Below, piece after piece: positions 35,935 to 49,898 of a stretch of DNA of 64,000 nt (the first letter of the stretch is position 1; each line of letters opens with the position of its first letter). The notes under the pieces were generated by a model, which saw nothing but the letters and a program-made list of their open reading frames with translations, did no database searches and was not told the DNA's origin. The DNA comes from Adineta vaga (Eukaryota > Animalia > Rotifera): the NCBI GenBank assembly GCA_021613535.1, contig CP075492.1, positions 11,780,001 to 11,844,000 of the forward strand, read 5' to 3'. Both the position numbers and the translations under genes were made by a program.

Positions 35935-38351
35935 ATGATTAATGCTAATCTTATTACATGTACACTTTGTCGTAATTATTATGCTGATCCTCGTCAGGTA
36001 AATGAATTCTTCTTTTTCGTTGTTGAAAATAATCATCATTTTGATGCATATGTAATTATTTTTAGATCCCTTGTTCTCATTCGTTCTGTTTTGATTGTAT
36101 ATCAGGACGTTTTGATGATGAAACGTTGATATTAATTTGTCCAAAATGTGATAAACTTCATCAATATAATTCACGTGAGGAATTTGAAAATCGTTGTATG
36201 CGTGATGGATTCTTAAAGTCTATGGTAACACAATTTAAGAGAAATCAAAGTCGATCATCGGCAATATCCTCTGGACTTTTTTCTCGACCATCATCATCTT
36301 TATCACAAATAGTACCAATGAATGGATTTACACCAATTCATTCATTTTCTCAAGAGATCAATTCAAGTTTCGAACAATCATGTTCAGAACGATCAACACC
36401 ATCGATTTATAATCAAACAAGATCATCATCCGTTCTACCACAACAATCAACCAATCGTGTACTCATAGCTAAATGTCAATCATGCAATATCAAAGGTGAA
36501 TTAACTGTATGTACTCACTGTGATAACGTTATTTGTATTAAATGTGCTGATGAACATCAAAGTGTAATTAATGATAATGTTAAACATGAATGGAAGACAT
36601 GTAAAACAAAATTTGATATACTTAATGAACGATCAAGTATGAAGATATCTAAGAAGTAATGTTTATGCTTATGACTTTTTTTTTCGATTTTAGTTCGTTT
36701 TGACAATGATCACGAGGAATGTGAGTATAGAGCACATGAATTAAAAGGCTTAATTGATCAACAAGGTGAAAAATTAGTACAAACGATTAATAATTATAAA
36801 AATACACATATCGATTTAATCGAAAAACATCGCCGAACTTACAAACAACTGTAAGATGATTTTGCGAAGACGATAAATCTATTCTATTCATATTTATTTT
36901 AATAAAAATAAAAATTAGTTTTGCACATGAACAAGTTATTGATGAGTATGAATCAATTGATGAACGTATGCATACATTATTAAAGTATACCATACATCTT
37001 TCATATATATATATATATTGATTACAATTTCTATTCTATTTAGGTCTGCGGATGTAACTGCTGAAAAAATAGGTGATTTTTCTTTCGAAATCGAACATCT
37101 GGAAGGTCGTTTAGATAATTTAAATAAACTTCTTGATTCAAGTGAATTAAAAGTAAAAATATTCTTTTCCCATCACCTATCTCAATGATATCTTCATTTA
37201 TTTAGTTTCCCGTACTTACATTACCTGAACAAATTGATATGTCATCACTTTTTGGTACATTAAATTTTACTTCATTAGATTCACAATCAACTGATGTCAC
37301 ATTTAAAGCTGATCATGATGATTATCTCTTCAGTGAAACATCACATCAGAAATCCCATCGACTCGATCACATATCCACGCCATTATCGATACCAAATGTA
37401 CCAAAGAAAAAACTTCTTTGGCAACTTGATTACAAATCAGTACCGTATTACGTTCGAACATGTAATAATCAATTATTTGTTTGTGATAAATATGGTTCGA
37501 ATATGATTTGATTTGATTGAGAAAGAAAAACCTATTTTCATATCCTGTCTTTAGGCTATTTATCGGTATATAGATTGAATAAAGCAAATGATTTTCGAAT
37601 TAAACCAATATTTGTACGAGAAATCAAATTATTTACTGATAATCCAACAGCTCTATCTGATGAAGATCAAACAATCATCGATTCATTTGTTGTTTATAAA
37701 ACATGGATTATTGTTTTTAAACGAAGAAAAAACGAATTACATGGTACAATATATGTTTTTACGCATGATGGTAAACTTCTTCCGAATGGTAAATGTGTAC
37801 ATAATTATCCATCACGTGAATTAACAATCGATGTTGAAACAAATACTCTTTGGTCATTAGATCAAAAGCAACTTTGTCTATTTTATTATCGATTACCTGA
37901 TCAAATCAAACAAAACGATCAAATTGAAGATTATTTTCATGCACGTTGTTCACATGTCCAATTTTCAAAACCATTCGCACCTAAACATATATCTGTGAAT
38001 AAAAATGTTCTAGCTGTCTTAGATAAAAATCGACAAGCTGTACATGTTTATGATAAAAAAAGTCGACAAGAATTATACGAACATGTGAATATTTATAACC
38101 ATACTACACATTTTTGTTGGGACATGGCATTATTTTCTGATAATAGTCTTTTAATTAAACTTGATGAAACAAGTACATTAAAAGCTGGACCATCGAAACA
38201 TATCTATTTACAATTAGATACAACCAATCAACGAAATGTTATTGGAATTATTGAAGAAATCGATGCATATGGAATGATTATAACAGTAACAGATGAAATT
38301 TTGATTGGAGTGAGAATTAATACGAAAGGAACTGTGAAATGTTATGCTTGA
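35935..38351 (+). CDS. TRIM-NHL-like E3 ligase (RING, B-box-like, coiled coil, beta-propeller)
   Basis: RING CTLCRNYYADPRQ|IPCSHSFCFDCI...LICPKC; CQSC...CTHCDNVICIKCADEH; LFVCDKYG; paralogous to the upstream gene. Confidence 0.8.
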
Positions 38352-38659
38352 GAAGATTCGTTGTTTTTTTTAAATGTTATTTATTGTTATGTTAACGAAT
38401 GATTTTTTTTTAAAGTTCGATAAAAAAAGCCCAGAATCGACGAAGATATATTTCTGATTCGTCTCATTCAAATAGATTTTTGAATTTTTCAATAAATGAC
38501 TGACCTTGTCGCAAGTATTAAAAATTAGAATGTACATCACGTTCGACTAATGTTTATATTTGAAAAAAGAAATTGAACAATCATTATGAGTTATTCTTTA
38601 TATTAAATTTCAAAAATTATTCATTTACAAATTTATCATTGAAAAACAATCAAATATCA

Positions 38660-39648
38660 TTATTGAATTATCGGATTTGTTATCGCATTACGAACCTCAA
38701 CAAAAAGTTTATCCCAATCCCATATTTTTTGATCCTAGAAAACACAAATCAATTCATTTGTGAGAAATAATAGTCCTTACTTCAGTATCGATTGCTTCTT
38801 GTAAATTAAGATTTTGATATAAAATTCCAATATTAATTTTTGGATCCTAATGCAAGAAAACGTTTCCTATATCTTATCTGTATTATTCATTGTACTTACA
38901 ATAAATTGACTGGCACGTGTTCGAGAGAATTCTTTCTCTATTTCTTTGAATGTTGCAATTTGATGAAAAGAGAAACTAAATTTTAAAAAAAGTATAAAAA
39001 TATGGAAAAAAAATCAATTTAGATTGATTTACTCAGGAACAGCGGCTGTTTCTGGAGCCATATCAATCGCATCATCACCATCGGCATCATCCATTGGGAT
39101 GGTTGGAATATCTATACCATATATATATATATATTAGAAAAATCTCTCTTACTCTTTAGAGTAGTTCTTACCAGCAGCAATAATTTCTTCAGCTGGTCGG
39201 CGACTAGCTCGTCGAATTATAGGAGCTCCAACTGGTGCATCACTACAATACATTTTTGTACTTATGTGAAATATCTATTCTACTAAGAACTCACTCATTA
39301 TTATCTTCATTATTTGCATCATTGGACCAACCACCAGCTGATTCGATAACAGGTTTTTGAACTGTTTTTTGTTTCGATGATGCTGCACGATTGGCTACCT
39401 ACGAAATAACAATCAATTGTGTTAATTATAGAAGAAAAAATCAATGCCTCTATCTACTACCTTTGAAGCACTGTCTAACATTGCATCGAGATCATCACCG
39501 ATCGTTTCATCAACTGCATGAGCTAGTCCTTTAGATTTTCGTCTGACCTAAAATTCGTTCGAAATATTTTCGTATAAATCAAATATGATTAAACAGAAAT
39601 TACTTTTGATTTCGATTGTTCATTATCATGCCGATTTTGAGATGACAT
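38660..39648 (-). CDS. IFT43: Intraflagellar transport protein 43 (about 8 small exons; absent from the ORF track)
   Basis: Spliced translation DIPTIPMDD...HQIATFKEIEKE...DPKINIGILYQNL...DQKIWDWDKLFVEVR matches the IFT43 DIPxIP, ATYxELD and WDWDxLF motifs. Confidence 0.85.
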
Positions 39649-39799
39649 TTTTATCTAAAAAAAACATGTGACACCTGATATAAGAAATTCTAATATTTTT
39701 TTTCTATTTCTCAAAGAATCTACAATCAATAATACGTCTACACAAAGAAGAAGAGAAAAGGGAATTTTTTTATCTGACACATTTAATTCAGTCGAGTCT

Positions 39800-40573
39800 T
39801 TAGTCCGAATTGAGCATAGCCAGAAATTCGTCAAAATTAACTAAATAGAAAAGGAGAGAATTAAGAAATTTGTAAAAATCAAATTCTTATTAAAATACTT
39901 TCACCATCGCCATCTAAATCGAACTCATCGATCATTGCTTTTAATTCATCTTCATTCACATTATCCCCGAGTTCACTGGAATGAAAAAACTTAAGAAAAA
40001 GATTCAACTAATATCATATTTACCGTGCAACACGTCGTAATTTCTTTAATGAAATCTTTCCAGCTTCATCATCATCAAATAATTTAAATGCTTTAAGTAT
40101 TTCATCACGTGAATCACGTTGAAGCATCATTTCAGCCGCTAAATAAATAGTCTAAATAACAATTCATTCGAATTATTTTCAACTTACCAATTTCATGAAA
40201 ATCATTATAAGTGATTTTATTTTTACCTTGACGATCATAATCTCGCATTAATTTCTGTGCTTCAGCTTTATGAATATCAAAACCTAATGCTCGAAGTGCA
40301 ACCTAGATGATATAAATATCGTTATCCATTCAGTAACAAATGGGAAGTTTATACTTTAAATTCATGATAATCAAGTTCATTGTCTTTATCATTATCAAAC
40401 AATTCGAATGCTTCTCTAAGTTCATCATTTTCTTCGTCGGTCAATTCACGACGTCGAACTTTGGATAGTTTTGTTAATTTAGGAAATGTAGGACTGGCGA
40501 AGCTAAGAGACAGAGATTAGTTCTATTATCGAAATATCATTCTAATTACTAATGGAACTTACTTTCTTTCCAT
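39800..40573 (-). CDS. CETN3: Centrin-3 (6 exons; absent from the ORF track)
   Basis: [34 protein letters not shown]|[36 protein letters not shown]|ELGD...[16 protein letters not shown]|INFDEF. Confidence 0.93.
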
Positions 40574-41510
40574 TGTTGATTAGGATAAGTCAATATGAAA
40601 TGAAATGAAATGAACGTACACTCAGTGACCATATGAGAAAAAGTACCTGAGCGACAGCCTCTCTACAATTCACATTGTACATGTTTGATTGGTTGAATAG
40701 TAACGTATGAATTTCATGTCGATTCTTTCTTTCTTCTTATTGCCATTTGAAATTTGATAAGTTGTGTGATTAAAAATACTATATTGGCGTTAAACTGTGA
40801 AATATACTGTTCTACACATAATTTCGTGCATCAGAATCAAAGAATGTAAACGAGATATCCTTAACCACCGAGCCTAAGCACACATCTTCTATGCGGTTTA
40901 AGTATTGAATGAAGTTATACTAAACAAATGTTACAATATAGTTGAATTAGTAGATTGTTTTTTTTTCTTTGGATTTAGATAAATCTCATGTAGTTGACTG
41001 ATAGGAAATATGTATCTTGTCTTGCTTTATATTCATTATTCTAATTGTGAATGGTTGGCCATAGTATTCTTAACAGAAGAGAAATGTGTCTATGCCCGCA
41101 TAACAAAATCGAGTTTACCTATTTGATAAATAATTGTTATATACAATACTTTTTTCTGCGAGATAAGTACATATGGTTCAACATCGACAGTGCGTGAACT
41201 AGAATTATCTAGTACCATTGAATGTTTTAGCATATAAATTTATACCGTACCAGCAATCTCTATGACATAAAAAGAGATATTCATGACAATGATCGAAAAT
41301 CGAACATTTGTAAATGATTTTCTTCCACAATTAAATGTACATCTGAGTGTCATAGGAATGCCCATCACTGACATCTTTCTTTTCATTATTCACAATTGGT
41401 TCTTTATTTCAATATTTCTACACTCGGAATCCACTCTCGTCTGTCTTTCTGACTAAAAATCTAGGCCATCAAATGCTAATATATTCATCTTTGTTTCATA
41501 TTTTCTTCAG

Positions 41511-44500
41511 ATGGATATAAATGGGCCTAATGGCAATGTACATTTTCGTACCATGCATCAGCAACATGATGAAGTACGTCTTATTGATTATGCACGTTTA
41601 TGTGAACATTTATCTCCACGAAAAATAATTCTTCTTCAATTATTTCGTACGGCATGTCGTCGTCTTGTAATTATAAACGTTACTTTCTTTCTTTCTTCAT
41701 AACATCTAGTTTTTTATGATTAATTCAATAGAATCAACGATATACATCTAGTAAAGAAGAAGATACAACACGAACAATCCCAGCAGAATTTACTTATACA
41801 GAAGATGTTCTTCTTCCATCTTTATTATTATTTCTTACTCGAGTAAGATATTTTTCTGAGGTATTGATATGAAAATATCTGTTTGATTTCATAGAATTTC
41901 GAATGGGAATTACCAAATTTAATTCAACATTTAGAAAAAATTCATCCTGATAATGATATTGTCAATGAATATTCTCAAAAGTAAAATATCTTCGGATTGA
42001 TTCTATTGAAAAATCGAATTGAACGATTTCTAGTGTTGCAAAATTTGCACAAGCGACTCTTGTTGATGTTATCGATCTATTTCATGATCTATCAAAATTC
42101 ATTTCGAAACGTGGTGAATCAACTTTCACTAATAATGAAAATCAACCTGGCCATCAAAATGATAAAATTCATTATACAATCAAAGGATGGAGTCTCGTTG
42201 GTAAGACAATTAATTCATTAGTCAAGATTTAAATCTATGCGTTATTTTTTGACAGGTCTTTTTCTTCGTCGACATATTTGTTCATTTGAAATGTTATCAA
42301 CACCAAAATTAGAGGAACTTGTGAATAATGTCAGTCGATATGTTCATTCTTATCTTCCATTAACTTCATTTAAATGTCCATATCCACCCAAAGATTGTGG
42401 AATGATTGTAGAATCAGAATCGACAGAAGAAATCAAAAAGAATATATCTATTAGAGAATTACGAATTCAAACAAAACAATAGTAAAATTTTCGTGAATAA
42501 ATGATTTATTCTTTGAATTGTTTTTTTCAAGTTCATCATCAGAAATTACAATACCAGTATCAATTAAACAAGCAGAATCTATGTTAACAAAACTAGTAAG
42601 TCTATTTGATACAATCGAACACTTTTATTAGAATTTCACACATTCAATTTAGGCGTTAAGATTAGATGCAGGAATAGCTGTTGAAGATTATGAATTAGAA
42701 GTTCTTCGATCGATCGAAAAAATCTATCCACAATTAGCTGAAGTGGTAAAATCAATTCAATCGAACTTTTTTTTATTCATCATATAAAGAACTTTTCTTT
42801 CATAGCCATTTGTTCATTATCTTCGAGCACGTTCAAAGAATAATTTTTCTCAAGCAAATTATTACTTACATCATTATTTTGATAAACAAAATGGTTTTCA
42901 ATTAACATCTGATATTGGTGCATTACATATGTCAACACTTTTATCACATTATAATTTCAAGTAAATTCATTTGATTTTCATTCAATCATCATTTTCTTTG
43001 ATAGAACTGACGCAAAAAATGCATTGAACGATGGAATGTCAATGTCTTTATTGAGATCTGAAAAAGATATTATGCCATTATGTGTAGTAAGAATACATGC
43101 ATGCATCAATTTCGTTCGACAAATCATCTATCTTAGGATCAATTGATTACTTCAACATTGAATACTTCTCAAAAGGTTGATAATCTTTTATTACTTGATA
43201 ATCGTTATCTAAAACAATTGGATAATCCATCGGTCGGATTCTTAACGACGGTAAATACACATTTAGTAACGAAATGAAATTTTCGAATATATTCATCGAA
43301 TAGGATGATTGTGTATCTGTAGAAAGTTGGCCATCTGTACAATTGATGAGTCGAGGAAATCTTCCTGCTGTTTTGTATGTTTAAATTTATCGAAGCTCTT
43401 TCAAAGATTGAGAAATAATATCGTATTTTAGACAACGAATTGATATAGATTTCGAACGAACAGATGTTAAATCACGTTTCAATTGGATCAATCGTGCTGC
43501 AATTCATTATTTAAATAAAACGGCTTTTTGGAATTTAGCTCAATACAAGTAAAATGAAACGAATGAATTAAGTTTTTACCATAAAATGCTTTTCTATTTA
43601 GTGATTTTATTTTACTTTATTCAGCAATGGTTCTTGACAACAGTGAACATTTACATTTTCGTCATACAGATTATTATGCACTAGCTTGTTCTTATCTATC
43701 TATGGCAATATTGAATCAAGTACAACGAAACATTTTCTTCATCTGTATATCGATTGATATTTTCATAGGGACAATACAATCTTGCAAGTCAAATGTTAAA
43801 TCGAAGTATTGATTTAGTACAATTATCAACAAATGCACATAATTTAATTGATATGGCTCGAGCAGATGTTCAATTTATTCTTCAATGTCGACGAAATGAA
43901 TGGGATCGAGCATTAATTACGGCGAAAACATTTTCGAATTATTCGCAAGTTGAATATGAAATACGGTAAGATGAATGATACATTTCTTTTTCAGTTTACA
44001 TATATATCTACGATTTAGTCGAGCATTATGTTTACATAATTTAAATGAACTTGATGATAGTAAACATGATCCAATTGAATTACAGAAATTATTAAATCCA
44101 GAAAAAGTATCGGATCTTATATCAAGAATCAAGTAAATGAAAGTTTCTTAAAATGATAAATTCCATTCTCTCTGGGATTTCCTTTTGTTTTTGCAAGACT
44201 CTTGTTATTACTCACAGAAAATTGTGCAAAGAAAAATGATCTTGTTCCAAGTCTTGGTTTTCTTGAAGAATGCAAACAATTATGTATTAAATATAATCTT
44301 CAACATTATTTTATTCTTTGTCGTTTATATGAAGTTCAATTGAATAAAGTCTATTGAATAATTATATTGATTTAAATCGATATTTGTTTTCTTCTTTCTT
44401 CTAGTCAACATCATTAACATCACAAGAATCAATTCGAATACTTAGTTATTGTCTTACCGAACTTTTAAAATATGGTGATCAATATAATGTAGCTCGATGT

Positions 44501-44883
44501 GCATTATTACTTGCTCGATTGTATTTATTAGAAATGGCAGATGATCGAGCTTCATCTAATTGTATGTCTATCATTTCTTTCACAATACATTGAAATTCTA
44601 GGAAAATTTTTTTCGTTTAGACTTTTCCGAAGCTGAACATCTGCTTCTATTAGCCAAAGATATATTTACTTGTTTCCACGAAACGCTTTATTTAAAATTA
44701 ACCTATCTTTACTTAGTAAAATCATATATCTATTGAAAAACAAAAATCTAATCTATTTTTCTTTTGTCTGATATTTAGGTTTTTACATATCATGATTCGA
44801 TTCAAGTCGAAAAACGTAAGCAAATGGCAAAATTATACAAACAAATAGACGTCAAATTAGATACTAAACCTATCGTTATTTAA
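41511..44883 (+). CDS. ANAPC5: Anaphase-promoting complex subunit 5 (divergent, many exons)
   Basis: LSPRKIILLQL, SLV|GLFLRRHICSFEMLS, SIKQAESML, YPQLAEV|PFVHYL...ANYYLHHYFD resemble APC5 motifs; TPR-like helical C-terminus. Confidence 0.72.
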
Positions 44884-45057
44884 TAAAAGAAGAGATAAAG
44901 AAAAAGAACATCGAATGTCAGATACATAATATATATATATATTCAAAAAAAAAATAAATAAATATCAAATATTTTCTTTCAAGAGCTGTTCTTTGTTTTT
45001 ACTTTTTTCTTTTTTACATGTGAAGTGTAAAAAAAAGGGATTGTTTATATACAGAAA

Positions 45058-46656
45058 CTAGCGTATTGATAGTACTGATGGTAATTTAATACCTCGACCA
45101 ATCGTTTGAGAAGCTTCAAGAACACATTTCGATAATTGAGATACATCCGCAACACGTGCATGTACCATAGCGACATAACTTTTCGAATCGGAATCATGTT
45201 TAATCATCAATCTACGAGCAAGATAATCATCAATTAATGAGACTGATCCAACACGAACATAATCTATCTGTGAGGGAAGATAAACTTCAATTGTTAAACG
45301 TAATGATTCATATGCTAATAATTCATAGGATGGAGAAAGACAAACACGAATTGGTAAATTTAACCGGTAATAGAGGCTAGTTATAATCGATGCCAATTGA
45401 ATGTAAATAAAATCGATTGAATTCGATTTTAAATTGATATCATTTGGATTATTTGTTGTTGAATAGGAAATCGATCTTTTCAACATTTCTTCGAAATGTT
45501 TTGCTTGTTCACTTCCAACTTTGTGATCATCATTGACGAGTAAATGTTGAGAATGTTCATTGGAAAAAGCTAGATATTCAATAAATAGTAGAAGATTTTC
45601 AATTCTATTCTTACCGAGTAATTCAATACACGATGATTGTCCTGAATGTGGATCATAATTTCGTCCAATTGAATAGACATAATACGGTAGACTATCCTTA
45701 GAAAAATTTGTACGTATAAAAGGTGAAACAATTCCAAGTGGTGTTGATGTTCCGAATAAATGTAAAAGTTCAACACTATTTTCATCATCTTCTTCCTGTT
45801 CGGCTATAAAAAACAAACGAATCCAAGAAAATAATTTTCACAAATTGTTCTTACCGACAATATTGAAAACATTTTTAATATCAGAAAAATGATAACCAAA
45901 TGCTTCGATTACGAATGATTTTACAACATTAACTGCAGCACAAAACTGCATATTATAACTATCAAGACATTTATTAAAATAATTCAATAAAATATATTCC
46001 AATTGAGCACTAAATTTTCCTCAAACGATAGAGAAATGTTGTTCAAATGTCAATAATTTACTTACAATTCACCAAATGCAAATGATGAGAATGGTGCTGC
46101 ATCAATAGTCGTTACTTCTGCAAGATCACGCCATGATCTCATTGTTAAACTAGATTTTCTTTGACTACCATGTTCGAATAATAATTTCGGTGTACTTGTT
46201 TCAGGTACAGCTGCATGTAATGGAGCTGGTAAACGTAAACAGGCAACAAGAAATTTAGCATTTAATGAATATAATTGTTCACCCAAATGATGTATTTCTT
46301 CTGACTAAATGAAAAGAAAAAGTTCGATTAATCTATCTCATGATCATTACGTAGTATCGTTTTGTTAATGCTGCTTCAGCTATTTGTTTATTTAATTTTT
46401 TCCAAAGATGATAATCATGTTCGACTTTTTTGACATCAACAATCCAATGTCTTCGTTGAAGATTTTCTTGTAATCGTTCCGGACTTTTAAATAAAACTTC
46501 AAGATCAATATCGGGTTCGACAACAATCGGAAATGGCGTATTTAAACCACCGGGTAATAATGCAGAACGTTCTTTATACTGTGGAATGCGTTCAGCAATC
46601 AATGTACGACGAATTTCATAAAGAAAAAAACGTGTTTGTCGACGAATTATTATCAT
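45058..46656 (-). CDS. Mitochondrial seryl-tRNA-synthetase-like protein, SLIMP type
   Basis: SerRS-like layout (ERLQENLQRR, LRLPAPLHAAVP, ELLAYESLRLTIEVYLPS, VGSVSLIDDYLARRLMI), but class II motif 2 and motif 3 residues are degenerate. Confidence 0.75.
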
Positions 46657-47020
46657 ATCTGCAAAAAGAGATAAAACTCATCGAACAAGTTCTAAAGAAG
46701 ATTCCGAGTTAATTCCTTTCCATGATGATAAGAATAGCACGAACTAAAATGACTTTTGACATTAATTTTCGATCTCATATTAACGTACGTTTCTAATCTT
46801 AGTTAAATGAAAGAATAAAACGACAAGTCGAATTTCATTTTTCATCATATGTATTATAAATAAACATATATTGCTCAAAAAGAACAAAACTGACGGATCT
46901 CATTTGTTGCATCTAACGTCAACAAAGGAAAGCAAATTGTCGCCAAAGAATATACATTCCGAAAAAGAAAACAAAACAGACAGAAGAAATGCACATAAAT
47001 ATATATCATACAAAAATCGA

Positions 47021-48116
47021 TTAATTGATTTTCCGACGTTTAGAATTAGTATTAAATTGAGATGATAATTCATCATATTTTTCTGTCGATATGGGATCCG
47101 ATCGTTCATCATATTTAAGCATAAATTGATCGAATCGTTGTAATAGTGTATCATTATCTTTGCGTATTTCAAGTAAAAGTTGTTCCGTTTCTCTATTTTT
47201 TTTCTCAAGATATCGAAGACGTTTATGATGATTGACGAGAGATTTCGTACGAACACGTAGTAATTGTTTATAATGTCTCATTCGATAGTTTTGAGATCTA
47301 ACAACAAGATTTTGTTTATAAATTCGATTATTTAATATATCAATTTGTCGACGAAGTAAACCATTCGTTGATCGTTTTTGATGATGATGATGATGGTGAG
47401 ATGTAGATGTATGATTTGTAGTTGTAGAAAATGTTGTTAAATTATTTCGAATCATTGTTAATGATGCAAAACGTGTTTGTTGTAATTTTGGTTCGATTTG
47501 TTCACGAAAATGCTCAATTGCCATTGATGACATGTCACGTGTTTCTTGAAGAAGTGTTCGTGGATTAGGAAATGTTTGTTGAGTTTTCAAATGATTCAAT
47601 ACTGAATAGATTTCATCAAGTAACTAAAATAAATAAATAAATATATATATATATGTATAACAAGAGAAAATAAATTATCGACGAATAGAATTTTCTTTTC
47701 TTACTCGACCCGGATAGAAACAACAGAGTGAATTTTGTATTGATGAACCAAATGTTAATTTGAGCCATTGTATTCGAGAATCAAGAGATGATATAATATC
47801 AAATTTAGTTGATAGAGGATGCTGAATGAAAAGATAATTATTCCAGACTGAATCTTCTTTATTTCGATTTATAGAAACTTACTTTATGTCGTTCGGATTC
47901 TCTTCGCGGTAATTTTGTCTTAATTTGTTTCTGTAAATTATGAATGATGTTTTCCAATTGAAAATATCCTCGATTAAGTTCATCAGAGCATAATTGATGA
48001 AAATGTTTCGAAATGGAACGTAACCGACTTAATTCTGTATATGTAAATGATTGAATGACTTTCTCTTGAATAATGATTGGTAAATCTGTGAAAGATAATG
48101 ATAGATTTGCTGTCAT
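47021..48116 (-). CDS. FBXO28: F-box only protein 28 (3 exons)
   Basis: F-box DLPIIIQEKVIQSFTYTELSRLR, KLPRRESERHK|HPL, CCFYPGR|LLDEIY, LLQETRDMSSMAIEHF, C-terminal coiled coil. Confidence 0.92.
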
Positions 48117-48327
48117 CTAAAAAACACATTCCCGGTATTGATTTTTTTGGACAAAGAAAAAGAGCAGTTCTTGAAATATCATCACAAAAATACATATAAT
48201 CAATTACTAACGAATGTTTACGATTGTCGTTGGGAGATAACGAGAAAAAAAATTAACACCATCAACTTGCAGGCTAGTATAAAAACGAAAGAAAATGAAA
48301 TACATTTCAAAATTTTTAATAAATATT

Positions 48328-49572
48328 TCAAGTATATAGGGATGATTGACGAATAAATTTTACCAATGTATCAAAGGTCATAAATGAAACACCGACTGAT
48401 ATTGGTCCTTTAAACCAATTCATTGTTACACCTTTGTATAAACCACTTGTAATACCTTCTTCACGAATGATTTTTCTTGCAGTTGCAATCGCACCAAGTA
48501 GTTTATCGTTGGGACGAATGACAGCAGCTGTTTGTAAGCGTCGTCGAACAACATCGAATGGATACGAAGCTGTTTGACCAATTAAACCGGATATAGCACC
48601 GAATAATAATCTTTCTAATTTCGTTAGAGGACGATTGGGATGATAATCTATTCGAGAATTTATCAATCACAATCGTTCAAATTTTGTTTTCTTACCAAAG
48701 CGAAGATGTTTAAGGGATTCATATGTAAAAAATACACAACCGGAATAAGGTAATACACCAAAAACTGACCACAATGCACCACGATATAAAGATTTCACAC
48801 CTTCAGTTCGTAGTATACTTTGAAAGACGGCAAATAAATTAGTATATCTATAGAAGAAATACGATTATTCAGAGAAAACTTTCTTATAAAATGTTGAAAA
48901 TAACATACACAGATTTATCAGTGACTGCCATACGAGCTCGTGCTAAATCAAGTGGATAGGTTAATGTCGATGATGTAGCACCAGCTAAAGAACCAGAGAT
49001 AAACCGACGTCCCGGTGTTTTTCTTCAAAAATAAAGGAAAGAAAAATAAACTATTTTCTTATGGAAATATGTTCAATAATTTACTCATATTTATCTGTAT
49101 TTAGAAGACGTTTCCATTGTTCATGAGCAGAGAAATAAATTGCTGCTGATGGAATAACACGAGCTAAATTGGCAGAATTTCCTCGATATAAAGTGAGGAA
49201 ACCATCCTTTCGATATGTGTCTCTGATAAATCGAAAGCAAAGACTGTAACTAAATTTATCCTTTCGAACTAAGATAAAGTTAAACTTAAGATTAATTCTT
49301 ATTTTTATTTAAGAGAAATATGTTTTACCTTGAAAATTAATCTTTGCTCGATCAAAAGGAGCAATGATAGTCTTTGCTGCAGCACCTGAATAAAATAGAT
49401 CCTAAACTCTCTATTTCATTTATTAATTGTATTACCTGCACAACCTCCAGCAACTAATGAAGTAAGAATCTTTTGAGTATTGGAAAGCTAAATAAAAACC
49501 AAACTTAACTTTGAATTTTTATTGAATTATTACTTTTCATACAGATGAATTTGAGTCTTGATCGTTGTTCAT
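48328..49572 (-). CDS. SLC25A42: Mitochondrial coenzyme A transporter SLC25A42-like
   Basis: SLVAGGCA|[91 protein letters not shown]. Confidence 0.92.
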
Positions 49573-49898
49573 CTATATAAAAAGTATTGTTCATATTAAT
49601 GTTTACTTGATTAAATAAATATGCAAAATAATCTCGATTATTCATCTGAAATAACGATACTAGTTTTTATTAAACATTTAACATTTCACGAAAGTACGCT
49701 CTCATATTCTTATTATTTCGAGTACAATTATTGTTCTTTTGTTCTTTGTCCTCATCACATAAGAATGATTTTTACGTCAATAATGACCTTTGTTTTTATC
49801 AATTGAGAAATTTGGCACATGATCGTAAATGAAAAAAACCATTTCGTATATATGTAATCGTACTTTGATAGTCATAAAAACCAAACATAGAAATCGCA

